From contig CAZPER010000002.1 of NCBI GenBank assembly GCA_964585655.1, forward strand, positions 18,727 to 82,726: 64,000 nucleotides of DNA, written 5' to 3'. Positions 1 to 9,458 of the stretch are shown piece by piece. Position 1 is the first letter of the stretch. Each line of letters opens with the position of its first letter. The translations under genes and the position numbers were made by a program. This DNA is from an uncultured Gemmatimonadaceae bacterium (GTDB lineage Bacteria > Gemmatimonadota > Gemmatimonadetes > Gemmatimonadales > GWC2-71-9). The notes below the pieces were generated by a model. That model saw nothing but the letters and a program-made list of their open reading frames with translations, did not search any database and had not been told where the DNA came from.

Positions 1-14
1 TTCCCCACCTCCCC

Positions 15-731
15 ATGACCGTTGACCTGCTCGCCATCGCCGCTCACCGGGACGACGCCGAACTGACCTGCGCGGGGACGCTGCTCAAGGCCCGCGCCCA
101 GGGGTACCGGACCGGCATCCTGGACCTCACGGCCGGAGAGTCCGGCACCCGGGGCAGCGCCGGTCTCCGCGCGGAGGAGGCCGCCCGGGCGGCGGAGATC
201 CTCGGCCTGACGGAGCGGCGGAATGCCGCCCTGCCGGATGCCTACCTGCAGAACACGGACGACACCCGCCGGGTGGTGGTGGAGGAGATCCGGCACTTCC
301 GCCCCCGGACGGTCATCCTGCCCTTTCCGGTGGGACGCCACCCCGATCACCGGATCGCCTCCGAACTCGGGCGCGACGCCTGCTTCCTCTCCGGGCTGGC
401 CCGTTACAACGCGGCCGGCGAGCCGTGGCGGCCGCACAAGATCCTCTACGCCCTCGCCTACCGCGAGGACCCCATCAAGCCGACCTTCGTGGTGGACATC
501 ACCGAGCAGTTCGCCGCCAAGCTGGCCTCGATCCGCTGCTACGGCAGCCAGTTCGACGGCGCCAAGGCGGCGGGCGAGATCTTCCCCACCGGACAGGACC
601 TCTACTCGCTGGTCGAGGTGCAGAATGCGCACTACGGCTCGCTGATCCGCACCCGGTACGGGGAGCCGTTCCACACCCCCGAGACCGTGGAAGTGAGTGA
701 CGTGCTGGCGCTGAGCGTCCAGAGCATGTAG
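15..731 (+). CDS. bshB1: PIG-L/LmbE-family deacetylase, BshB1-like (bacillithiol biosynthesis type)
   Basis: 238-aa ORF with AHRDDAEL, DLTAGESGTRG and RHPDH motifs. It is co-linear with LmbE/BshB1 proteins as I remember them. Confidence 0.65.
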   Translation: MTVDLLAIAAHRDDAELTCAGTLLKARAQGYRTGILDLTAGESGTRGSAGLRAEEAARAAEILGLTERRNAALPDAYLQNTDDTRRVVVEEIRHFRPRTVILPFPVGRHPDHRIASELGRDACFLSGLARYNAAGEPWRPHKILYALAYREDPIKPTFVVDITEQFAAKLASIRCYGSQFDGAKAAGEIFPTGQDLYSLVEVQNAHYGSLIRTRYGEPFHTPETVEVSDVLALSVQSM

Positions 732-757
732 CCCCGCCCCGACTATCTTTGTCGGTG

Positions 758-1933
758 ATGTCCACCGCCCATACCTACCTCGACCACGCCGCCAGCACCC
801 CGGTTCGCCCCGAGGTGCTGGAAGCCATGCTCCCGTACCTGGGGGGCACCTTCGGCAACCCCTCCAGCGAGCACTGGCACGGGCGGGCCGCACGCGCCGG
901 CCTGGAGCAGGCCCGGCGGGAGGTGGCCCAGGCGCTGGGGGTCACTCCAGCGGAGGTGTACTTCACGTCCGGCGGGACCGAGTCGGATAACCTCGCCATC
1001 CTGGGCAGGGCGGAGGCCGTCCGGGCCACCGGCACGGCGCCGATGGTGGCCGTGGCGGCCACCGAGCACAAGGCGGTCCTGGCGGCGGCGCATGCCGTTG
1101 CCGCACACGGTGGGGTCGAGCGGGTGCTTCCGGTGGACCACCAGGGCCAGCTCGAGCCTGCGGCGCTGCACGAGGCGCTGGAGGCGCGCCCGGCGGTGGT
1201 GTCGGCCATGTGGGTCAACAACGAGACCGGCGTCATCCACCCCGTGGCGCACCTTGCCGAGGCGTGTGCGGCACGGGGCATCACCTTTCATTCCGACCTG
1301 GTCCAGGGATTCGGCAAGCTGCCGCTCAATCCCGGAGCCCTGCCCATCGGGCTGGCGACAATCTCCGGCCACAAGCTCGGCGCGCCCAAGGGGATCGGGG
1401 CGCTCCTGGTGCGGCGGGGGGTCGCCCTGTCGCCGCTGGTGGTGGGTGGCAGCCAGCAGCGGGGGGTGCGTCCCGGCACCGAGAATATCGCCGGCGCTGT
1501 CGGACTGGGCCGGGCGGCGGCCCTCGCCGTCGCGGAGCAGGCGGCGGAGCTGGCGCGCCTCACAGAGCTCCGCGCCCGGCTGGTTGACGGGCTCCGTGCC
1601 GCGCTGCCGGACCTCCGCCTGACCGGCGGTGACATCGAGACGGCGCCGCACATCGTCTCGGTCATGGTGCCGGGGGCGGAGACCGGCGCCCTGCTCATGC
1701 TCCTCGACCAGGCCGGGGTCTCCGCGTCCGGCGGTTCGGCCTGCGCCACGGGAGCGGTGGAGCCCTCGCACGTGCTGCGCGCGATGGGGATCCCGGCGGC
1801 GCTGGCGAAGGGTGTGCTGCGGCTCAGCCTGGGCCGGGAGACGACGGCGGAGGACATCGCACGGGTCGTCGCGGTGCTGCCGCAGGTGGTGGGGCGCGCC
1901 CGCGGCGCGACGGGAGCCCTGACCCATGGCTGA
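758..1933 (+). CDS. cysteine desulfurase, class V aminotransferase (NifS/IscS/YrvO-like)
   Basis: ORF 749..1933; the ATG at 758 gives MSTAHTYLDHAAS. SGHKLGAPKG is the PLP-lysine motif and GGSACATG the active-site Cys loop. Overlaps mnmA by 8 nt. Confidence 0.85.
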   Translation: MSTAHTYLDHAASTPVRPEVLEAMLPYLGGTFGNPSSEHWHGRAARAGLEQARREVAQALGVTPAEVYFTSGGTESDNLAILGRAEAVRATGTAPMVAVAATEHKAVLAAAHAVAAHGGVERVLPVDHQGQLEPAALHEALEARPAVVSAMWVNNETGVIHPVAHLAEACAARGITFHSDLVQGFGKLPLNPGALPIGLATISGHKLGAPKGIGALLVRRGVALSPLVVGGSQQRGVRPGTENIAGAVGLGRAAALAVAEQAAELARLTELRARLVDGLRAALPDLRLTGGDIETAPHIVSVMVPGAETGALLMLLDQAGVSASGGSACATGAVEPSHVLRAMGIPAALAKGVLRLSLGRETTAEDIARVVAVLPQVVGRARGATGALTHG

Positions 1934-2984
1934 GCGCGTGCTGGTAGCGATGAGCGGTGGGGTGGACAGCTCGGTGGCGGCCGCCGAACTGGTGGCCCAG
2001 GGGCACGAGGTCATCGGCGCCACGATGAAGCTCTTCTGCTACGGGGACAGCGTCCCGGACCGCCCCTGCTGCTCCCTCGATTCCATCAACGATGCCCGTG
2101 ACGTCTGCCGGATGCTCGGCGTGCCGCATTACGTACTCAACCTCGAAGACCGCTTCAGCCGCGACGTCATTCGCAACTTCGTGGACGAGTACAGCCGGGG
2201 CCGGACGCCGATCCCCTGCGTGCGCTGCAACTCCTTCACCAAGTTCCGGGACCTCCTGGCCCACGCCGATGCCCTGGGCTGCAGCGCCATCGCCACCGGC
2301 CACTATGCCCAGGCCCGCGAGGGGCGGCTCTACCGCGGCAGCGATCCGGCCAAGGACCAGAGCTACTTCCTCTGGGGCATCGACCGGGCCGTCGTCGCCC
2401 GCATGCTCACCCCGGTAGGGGCCCTCACCAAGGCCCAGACCCGGGAGCATGCCAGGCGGCTGGGGCTGGTCACCGCCGACAAGCCCGAGTCGGTGGAGAT
2501 CTGTTTCGTGCCGGACGACGACTACGTCCGGGTGCTGGCCGACCACCTCCCCGCGGATGCGCCGGCCCTCACACCCGGGCCGCTGGTCACCGTGGCCGGC
2601 GAGCCCCTGGGCACCCACGAGGGCTTTGCCCGGTACACCATCGGGCAGCGGAAGGGGCTTCCGGGCGGTGGGGGCGCGGCGCGGTACGTCGTCGCGATCC
2701 GCCCCGAGCGCCGGGAAGTGGTGGTGGGCGGGCTCGAAGACCTCCAGGGGCACGCCCTCCGGCTGCAGGAACTCAACTGGCTGGCGGAGCCGCTCGCCGT
2801 CGGGAGCAGCTGCCTGGTGCAGATCCGGTATCGTTCCACCGCTGTGCCCGCCACGGTGGTCGCGGCCGGCGAGGGAGAGTACGCGCTGGCCCTCGCAACC
2901 CCCGTGCGGGCGATCACCCCCGGACAGTCCGGGGTCCTCTACGCCCCTGACGGCCAGGTGCTGGGCGGCGGGGTGATCGCCTGA
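1926..2984 (+). CDS. mnmA: tRNA 2-thiouridine(34) synthase
   Basis: VLVAMSGGVDSSVAA PP-loop, CVRCN catalytic Cys region, length 352 aa. Confidence 0.9.
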   Translation: MAERVLVAMSGGVDSSVAAAELVAQGHEVIGATMKLFCYGDSVPDRPCCSLDSINDARDVCRMLGVPHYVLNLEDRFSRDVIRNFVDEYSRGRTPIPCVRCNSFTKFRDLLAHADALGCSAIATGHYAQAREGRLYRGSDPAKDQSYFLWGIDRAVVARMLTPVGALTKAQTREHARRLGLVTADKPESVEICFVPDDDYVRVLADHLPADAPALTPGPLVTVAGEPLGTHEGFARYTIGQRKGLPGGGGAARYVVAIRPERREVVVGGLEDLQGHALRLQELNWLAEPLAVGSSCLVQIRYRSTAVPATVVAAGEGEYALALATPVRAITPGQSGVLYAPDGQVLGGGVIA

Positions 2985-5014
2985 TGCGGACCCATCGGCT
3001 CATGGCGGCATTGGCGCTCCTCCTGCCGCTCTCTTCGGGCGCCCTGACCGGCCAGGAGCGCGGCGGACCGGGCATCGACGACTTCATCACGCTGCCGATC
3101 GTCTCGGACCCGCAGGTCTCCCCCGACGGCAACCTGGTGGCCTACACCATCGCCACGCCGAGTTTCGAGGAGAATCGCGCGAGCAGCCGGGTCTGGATCG
3201 CGGACCTCGCCACGGCGGGGAGCACGCAGGTCCCCGCGCCGGCGGGCAACGATCGGGCGCCGCGCTGGTCGCCGGATGGCCGCTGGCTGGCCTTCATCTC
3301 CACCCGGGATGGCGGGGCGCAGATCTGGCGCATGCCCACCCGTGGCGGGGACCCGGTCAAGGTCACCAGCGGCCACGACGGCGTCACCGATTACATCTGG
3401 GAACCGGACGGCAAGGCGCTCTACTACTGGACCGACGTCGCCTGGGGCGATTCGAGCGAGGCGGCCCGCCGCGCCGCGCCGTGGCCCACCGAGGCCCGGA
3501 TCTTCACCGAGCTGTTCTACCGCCACTGGAACGAGTGGCGCCTCGGCGTGCGCTCCCACCTGTTCCGGGTGGAGCTGGCCGACGGCACGACGACCGACGT
3601 GACCCCGTTCGACCGGGATGTGCCGCCGCTGGCGCTGGGCGGCCGGGACATCGCCTTTTCCCCGGTGGGCACCGAACTGGCCGTGGTATACAACCCCGAC
3701 TCCGCCCTCGCGACCAGCACCAACAACGACATCTTCGTGATGGGCCCCGACGGCTCCGCCCGGCAGGCGATCACGAGCAGTAAGGGCAACGACCACTCGC
3801 CGCAGTACTCCCCGGATGGGCGCTACATCGCCTACCTGGCGATGCCCACCCCGGGCTTCGAGGCGGACCGGCAGCAGCTCATGCTGTTCGACCGGGCCAG
3901 CGGCCGCCGGTTCTCGGTGACCCCGCGCTGGGAGCTGTCCGTCAGCGCCTTCCAGTGGTTGCCGGATGCCCGGGGGGTGCTCGCGGAGGTCGAGGAGCGG
4001 GGCGGGCAGGCCATCTACCGCATCGAGGTGCCGACCGGCCGGAGCACCCGGCTGGTGCGCGGCGGCACCAACAGTGCCCTGCAGGTGGCCAGCGCCGCCG
4101 AGGTCATGGTGTTCCTGCGGTCGACCGCCCGGCGGGCGCCCGAGGTCTGGGCCGCAACGCTGGACGGCAAGAACGCCCGGCCCGTCACCCGGGTGAATGA
4201 GGAGCGCTTCAGCGGGTGGGATCTCCCGGCCCTGGAGGCATTCGGCTTCCAGAGTGCGCGCAACGACTCGGTGTTCGGCTGGATCATGAAGCCGCCGGGC
4301 TTCGATCCCGGCCGACGCTACCCGCTGCTCTACCTGATCCACGGCGGCCCCCAGGGCGCCTGGCTGGACCAGTGGCATGGGCGCTGGAACTACGCCACCT
4401 TCGCGGCCCGTGGCTACGTGGTGGCCGCGGTGAACTTCCACGGCTCCACCGGCTACGGCCAGAGCTTCACCAACAGCATCAGCCGGAACTGGGGCGGGCT
4501 GCCCTACGACGACCTGATGAAGGGCCTCGACATCCTGGCGCGGCTCCCCTACGTGGACAGCACCCGCATGGGCGCGGCGGGGGCGTCCTACGGCGGGTAC
4601 ATGGTGTACTGGATGGCCGGCCACACGAACCGGTTCCGGGCGCTCGTGGCCCATGACGGCATTTTCAACCCGCTCTCCATGACGGGAACCACCGAGGAAC
4701 TCTGGTTTCCGACCTGGGAGTTCGGGGGCACCCCGGCGGATCCGGCGGCGCGGGCCCTCATGGAGAAATGGTCACCGGCCAACTTCGTGGCCAACTGGCG
4801 CACCCCCATGCTCGTGGTGCACAGCCAGAACGACTACCGGGTGGACATCTCCGAGGGGCTGCAGGCGTTCACCGCCCTCCGCCTGCGGGGGATTCCGGCG
4901 AAGTTCCTGTATTTCCCCGATGAGGACCATTTCGTCACTCGCCCGCGCAACCGCCGGCTCTGGTGGTCCACGGTGCTGGACTGGTTCGATCACTACCTCC
5001 GCGCGGACAACTGA
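2984..5014 (+). CDS. S9 family serine peptidase (prolyl oligopeptidase/acylaminoacyl peptidase type), secreted
   Basis: N-terminal signal peptide, beta-propeller-like WSPDG repeats, GASYGGYM nucleophile motif and C-terminal D/H (FPDEDHF). Its ATG overlaps the mnmA TGA. Confidence 0.8.
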   Translation: MRTHRLMAALALLLPLSSGALTGQERGGPGIDDFITLPIVSDPQVSPDGNLVAYTIATPSFEENRASSRVWIADLATAGSTQVPAPAGNDRAPRWSPDGRWLAFISTRDGGAQIWRMPTRGGDPVKVTSGHDGVTDYIWEPDGKALYYWTDVAWGDSSEAARRAAPWPTEARIFTELFYRHWNEWRLGVRSHLFRVELADGTTTDVTPFDRDVPPLALGGRDIAFSPVGTELAVVYNPDSALATSTNNDIFVMGPDGSARQAITSSKGNDHSPQYSPDGRYIAYLAMPTPGFEADRQQLMLFDRASGRRFSVTPRWELSVSAFQWLPDARGVLAEVEERGGQAIYRIEVPTGRSTRLVRGGTNSALQVASAAEVMVFLRSTARRAPEVWAATLDGKNARPVTRVNEERFSGWDLPALEAFGFQSARNDSVFGWIMKPPGFDPGRRYPLLYLIHGGPQGAWLDQWHGRWNYATFAARGYVVAAVNFHGSTGYGQSFTNSISRNWGGLPYDDLMKGLDILARLPYVDSTRMGAAGASYGGYMVYWMAGHTNRFRALVAHDGIFNPLSMTGTTEELWFPTWEFGGTPADPAARALMEKWSPANFVANWRTPMLVVHSQNDYRVDISEGLQAFTALRLRGIPAKFLYFPDEDHFVTRPRNRRLWWSTVLDWFDHYLRADN

Positions 5015-5394
5015 TGCGCAGCCTCTTCGTCCGCTGGCTCATCAACACGCTGGCGCTCTACGTCGCGGTGCAGGTGGTCCCCGGAGTGGACTACGACGGG
5101 GGCCCCGTGGGGTTGCTGCTGGTGGCCGCGATCTTCGGGCTGGTCAACGCGGTGCTCCGGCCGGTCCTGACGCTGCTCACCTGCCCCCTGGTGCTGGTGA
5201 GCCTCGGGTTGTTCCTGTTCGTGATCAATGCCCTGCTGCTGCTCTTCACCAGCTGGCTGTCAAACCCCCTCGGCCTGGGGTTCCATGTGGCGGGCTTCTG
5301 GCCCGCCTTCTGGGCGGGACTCCTGATCAGCCTGGTGAGCCTCTTTCTCTCGATCATGGTCGGCGAGAAGGAGATCCGGGTGCAGCGACCCTGA
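5014..5394 (+). CDS. small integral membrane protein, DUF360/'phage holin family 4'-like
   Basis: MRSLFVRWLINTLALYVAV... with 3-4 hydrophobic helices. Its ATG at 5014 shares one nt with the upstream TGA. Confidence 0.6.
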   Translation: MRSLFVRWLINTLALYVAVQVVPGVDYDGGPVGLLLVAAIFGLVNAVLRPVLTLLTCPLVLVSLGLFLFVINALLLLFTSWLSNPLGLGFHVAGFWPAFWAGLLISLVSLFLSIMVGEKEIRVQRP

Positions 5395-5486
5395 GCTGAG
5401 CCGTCGGGAATGGGGCGGCCGGGGGTGCCGTTACCCTTCCGTTACACGAACTGGCCCCGCTCGCCCCGGCCGATAAATTCCCTCCC

Positions 5487-7637
5487 GTGACCGACGCCAC
5501 TCTCCCCCGTGCCCCCGCCAGCCCGGAGCCGGCCCCCGATCTGGGCCAGCCGGGGCTGTACAGCAACCGTGAGTTGTCGTGGCTGGAGTTCAACCGCCGG
5601 GTGCTGCATGAGGCGGAGGATCCCCGCACGCCGTTGCTGGAGCGCCTCAAGTTCTTCGGGATCTTCAGTTCCAACCTGGATGAGTTCTTCCAGATCCGGG
5701 TGGCCGGCCTCAAGGACCAGCTGGCGGCGGGCTACAGCGAGCGCTCCCCGGATGGACTGACCCCGGAGGCCCAGCTGCGGCAGATCGCGGCCGTGGTGCG
5801 AGACCACGTCCGGGATCATGGGCGGGCGCTGCACGAGGAGGTCCTGCCGGGCCTGGCGCGCCATGGGGCCGCGCTGCTCGACATCGGCGACCTGACCGAG
5901 GTGGAACGGCAGCAGGTGGACCGGCATTTCCACGACAATGTCTTCCCGGTGCTCACCCCGCTCGCGGTCGACCCGGCGCACCCCTTCCCCTACATCTCGA
6001 ACCTGAGCCTTTCGCTCGCCGTGGCGCTCCGGGACGTGGACGGGGAGGAGCGGTTTGCGCGGGTGAAAGTCCCGAAAATCCTGCCGCGCTGGGTCCGGGT
6101 GGGAGAGGGCTGGCGCTACCTGCCCCTGGAGCAGTTGATCACCGCCAACATCGAGGCGCTCTTCCCGGGCGTGGAGATCCTCGGCTGCTACCCGTTCCGG
6201 ATCACCCGGAACACCGACTTCGAGGTGGACCACGACGAGGCCGAGGACCTGCTGAGCACCATCCAGGAAGAAGTGCGGAATCGCCGGTTCGGCGCGGTGG
6301 TGCGGCTCGAGGTGTCGCCCAACCTCCCGCAATCGATCCGGGAGGTGCTGCTCTCGGAGTTCAACGCCGCCCAGGCGGAGCTCTCGGCCACGCTGGGCGC
6401 GGACGACGTCTACGAGGTGAGCGGGCTGCTGGACACCGCGGACCTGCTCTCGCTGGCGTCGGCGATCGACCTGCCGGCGCTCAAGGACCCGCCGCACCAC
6501 CCGGTGACCCCCAATCGCCTGGCCGGCGGCCGCAACATGTTCGAGGTCATCCGCGAGGGGGACGTGCTGGTCCACCACCCGTACGAGAGCTTCACCAGCT
6601 CGGTGGAGCGCTTCATCCAGACCGCAGTGGACGATCCGGACGTGGTGGCCATCAAGCTCACGCTCTACCGCACCGGCGGCGACTCGAGCATCGCGCGGCT
6701 GCTGGCGCAGGCGGCCGAGCGGGGCAAGCAGGTGGCGGTGCTGATCGAGCTGCAGGCGCGGTTCGACGAGGAGAACAACATCCGCTGGGCCCAGCGGCTG
6801 GAGGACGTCGGGGTGCACGTGAGCTACGGCGTCGCGGGATTGAAGACCCATGCCAAGGTGATGCTCGTGGTACGCCGGGAAGGCGAGACCATGCGCCGCT
6901 ACGTGCACCTCGGCACCGGCAACTACCACCCGCGCACCGCGCGGCTCTACACCGACTTCGGCCTGTTCACCACCGACCCCGACTTCGGCGCCGACCTCAC
7001 CGACCTGTTCAACGTGCTGACGGGATTCGGCGCGCCGCAGGAATACCGGCGGCTGATCACCGCCCCGCGGGGGATGCGGGAACGGTTCGTCGCCATGATC
7101 CAGCGGGAGGCGGACCACGCCCGGGCGGGGCGGCCCGCCCGGATCCTCGCGAAGATGAACGCCCTGGTGGACGCCGCGCTCATCCGGGCGCTGTATGAGG
7201 CGTCGCAGGCGGGGGTGACGGTGGACCTGATCGTGCGCGGAATCTGCTGCCTCCGCCCCGGGATTCCGGGCGTGAGCGACCGGATCCGGGTGATCAGCGT
7301 GATCGGCCGGTTCCTCGAGCATTCACGGGCGTTCTATTTCCTGAATGGCGGGGCGGAAGAGGTCTACATCGGCTCCGCCGACTGGATGCCCCGCAATCTC
7401 GACCGGCGGATCGAGGCGGTCGCGCCGGTTCTCGATCCGGTGCACCGGGCCGGCATCCGCGACCAGCTCAACCTGATGTGGCAGGACAATCGGCAGGCCT
7501 GGGAGCTGGACGCGCATGGTCATTATACGCAGCGCCGGCCCCCCTCCCCGGAACTGGAACTCGCGACCCACCGCGCGCTGGTCGAGAGCCACCGGGAAAC
7601 CGGGCGAACGGGGGAGTTCCCCATTCCGCCCCGCTAA
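5487..7637 (+). CDS. ppk1: polyphosphate kinase 1
   Basis: 716 aa; NRELSWLEFNRRVLHEA, FFGIFSSNLDEFFQIRV and HAKVMLV phosphohistidine region. GTG start. Confidence 0.9.
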   Translation: MTDATLPRAPASPEPAPDLGQPGLYSNRELSWLEFNRRVLHEAEDPRTPLLERLKFFGIFSSNLDEFFQIRVAGLKDQLAAGYSERSPDGLTPEAQLRQIAAVVRDHVRDHGRALHEEVLPGLARHGAALLDIGDLTEVERQQVDRHFHDNVFPVLTPLAVDPAHPFPYISNLSLSLAVALRDVDGEERFARVKVPKILPRWVRVGEGWRYLPLEQLITANIEALFPGVEILGCYPFRITRNTDFEVDHDEAEDLLSTIQEEVRNRRFGAVVRLEVSPNLPQSIREVLLSEFNAAQAELSATLGADDVYEVSGLLDTADLLSLASAIDLPALKDPPHHPVTPNRLAGGRNMFEVIREGDVLVHHPYESFTSSVERFIQTAVDDPDVVAIKLTLYRTGGDSSIARLLAQAAERGKQVAVLIELQARFDEENNIRWAQRLEDVGVHVSYGVAGLKTHAKVMLVVRREGETMRRYVHLGTGNYHPRTARLYTDFGLFTTDPDFGADLTDLFNVLTGFGAPQEYRRLITAPRGMRERFVAMIQREADHARAGRPARILAKMNALVDAALIRALYEASQAGVTVDLIVRGICCLRPGIPGVSDRIRVISVIGRFLEHSRAFYFLNGGAEEVYIGSADWMPRNLDRRIEAVAPVLDPVHRAGIRDQLNLMWQDNRQAWELDAHGHYTQRRPPSPELELATHRALVESHRETGRTGEFPIPPR

Positions 7638-7638
7638 G

Positions 7639-8751
7639 TCAGTACGCCAGGCCGGTCAGCTCCGCGAACTGCTTCAGCAGGACTTCCTGTTCGGGGGTCA
7701 GGGTGGCCGGGATCTGGACCTGGACCTGGACCAGCTGGTCCCCCCGCCGGTCTCCCTTCTCGATTCCCAGCCCCTTGATGCGGAATTTCCGTCCCGGCTG
7801 GGTGCCCGCCGGGACCTTCAGCACGACCTTCTTGCCATCCAGCGTCCGCACCCGGAGCCGGGTGCCCAGCACCGCCTGAGCCAGGTTGATCGGGACCTCA
7901 CAGACGAGGTCCAGCCCGTCGCGGTGAAAGAAGCGATCGGGTGGGACCTGGAAGGTCACGACGATGTCGCCTGGGGGCAGCCCCGGCGAGGCCGGCTGCC
8001 CCTGGCCCTTGAGCCGGACCTTGGCGCCGGTCTCGGTGCCGGGGGGCACGGTGATCAGGACCTCGCGCTCGTGCCGCACCTCGCCCGCGCCGCCGCAGGC
8101 CGGGCATGGGGTGGAAGGGATCCTTCCCTTGCCGCGACACTGGGGACAGGGCCGGCTGACCGCAAAGCCCCCCTGCCCGAAGGTCACGCTGCCGCGACCA
8201 TTGCACTCGGGGCAGGTGGTGATCTTGGCGCCCGGCGCCGCGCCGCTCCCGGTGCAGGTCCGGCAGGTCTCGTTGAGCGGCAGGCGCACCGGGACCTTGC
8301 CTCCCAGCGCCGCCACCCGGAACGGAATCTCCACCACCGTCTCGATGGCCTCGGCGGCCTCCGTCTCGGCTCGGCCTCCCTTGCCGAAGATGGAGGAGAA
8401 GATGTCGCCCAGGCCGAAGCTGCCCACATCCGAGAAGTCGAACCCCTCGGTCCCGCCGCCGGGTCCGCCGGAGGCGGGGCCGGTCCGCGCACCGCTGCCG
8501 CCCTGGCGGCGGAAGCCCCCGCCCCCGTCAAACGCGCCGAGCCGGCGCATCTGGTCGTAGTGCTTGCGCTTGTCGGCGTCGGAGAGCACGGCGTGCGCCT
8601 CCGACACCTCCTTGAAGCGCTCCGCCGCCTGGGGATTATTGGGGTTCGCGTCGGGGTGATGTTGCTTGGCCAGCCGGCGGTAGGCCTTCTTGATCTCCTC
8701 CGGCGTGGCGCTGTCGGGGACCCCAAGGACCTGGTAGAAGTCCCGGGCCAC
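7639..8751 (-). CDS. dnaJ: molecular chaperone DnaJ
   Basis: J domain with HPD, G-rich linker, four CxxCxGxG zinc motifs ([32 protein letters not shown]). Confidence 0.9.
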   Translation of the reverse strand: MARDFYQVLGVPDSATPEEIKKAYRRLAKQHHPDANPNNPQAAERFKEVSEAHAVLSDADKRKHYDQMRRLGAFDGGGGFRRQGGSGARTGPASGGPGGGTEGFDFSDVGSFGLGDIFSSIFGKGGRAETEAAEAIETVVEIPFRVAALGGKVPVRLPLNETCRTCTGSGAAPGAKITTCPECNGRGSVTFGQGGFAVSRPCPQCRGKGRIPSTPCPACGGAGEVRHEREVLITVPPGTETGAKVRLKGQGQPASPGLPPGDIVVTFQVPPDRFFHRDGLDLVCEVPINLAQAVLGTRLRVRTLDGKKVVLKVPAGTQPGRKFRIKGLGIEKGDRRGDQLVQVQVQIPATLTPEQEVLLKQFAELTGLAY

Positions 8752-8752
8752 G

Positions 8753-9346
8753 TCAGGCGTGCCCTTCGGCCGTGTAGACCTGGACCCGCGCGGGACGGAT
8801 CAGTGTTCCCTTGAAGCGGTATCCCGCCTGAAAGGTGGCGGCGACAGTATGGTCCTGTTCGGGCGTGGGCGGCGCGATGGCGGAAACCGCCTCCGCCACT
8901 GACGGGTCGAACGGCTGTCCCACGGGATCGAGCCGCTCGAGGCCGGCCGTCTCCAGTTCCTTCCGGAGCTTCCGGTCCATCAGGACCAGCGCCTGCTGCA
9001 CCACGTCCCCGCCAGCGCTTACCCCCGCGCCCTGCATGACCCGGTCGAGGTCGTCCAGCACGTCCAGCAGCCTGCCCGCGAGTTGCGCCTGGGAACGCTG
9101 CGTCAGCTCCTCCCGCTCGCGCGCGGCGCGGCGGCGGAAGTTGTCGTACTCGGCGGCCAGGCGGAGGTGCCGGTCCTTGGCGGCGTCCAGCTCCCCCTCG
9201 AGGCGGCGAATAGCCTCGGTGGCGGGTTCCAGCGGGAGCGCGGAATGCACTTCGACGGGAGCGCCCGCCGTCCCGGCATCCGGGGTGGAGGCGCCGACCG
9301 TGTCCCCACCCAGGCCGTCGTTTCCAACACTATGTGATTCAATCAC
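8753..9346 (-). CDS. grpE: nucleotide exchange factor GrpE
   Basis: [13 protein letters not shown] core motif. The Arg/Cys-rich 5' extension of ORF 8753..9547 was trimmed to an in-frame GTG at 9346, so the start is uncertain. Confidence 0.75.
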   Translation of the reverse strand: MIESHSVGNDGLGGDTVGASTPDAGTAGAPVEVHSALPLEPATEAIRRLEGELDAAKDRHLRLAAEYDNFRRRAAREREELTQRSQAQLAGRLLDVLDDLDRVMQGAGVSAGGDVVQQALVLMDRKLRKELETAGLERLDPVGQPFDPSVAEAVSAIAPPTPEQDHTVAATFQAGYRFKGTLIRPARVQVYTAEGHA

Positions 9347-9458
9347 TTGCAGGATCGCCTCGTGGCGGTGTGAACAAAGATAACAGCAACGCGCGTGCCC
9401 CGGGGAACGGGCCAGTCTGGCAGGATACCCGACGCAGGGAGGCGCCTGCGGGTTACCC

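Noticed and set aside
5442-7322. 626-aa ORF antisense to ppk1. The same pattern occurs at 743-2023, 2939-4654, 10168-12327, 14066-15670, 15690-18716, 19834-22443, 23208-25049, 38423-41104, 43874-46210, 46165-48189 and 50290-52146.
   Set aside because: These are long open frames opposite strongly recognisable genes. Their Arg/Pro/Gly/Ala/His-rich low-complexity translations have no protein-like motifs. This is the expected stop-codon depletion artefact of very high GC DNA.
9347-9458. CIRCE/HAIR heat-shock operator upstream of grpE-dnaJ.
   Set aside because: There is no TTAGCACTC-N9-GAGTGCTAA or CTTGAGT-N7-ACTCAAG-like inverted repeat, only a short CGCAGG/CCTGCG hairpin that looks like the cinA terminator. 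No hrcA is adjacent.
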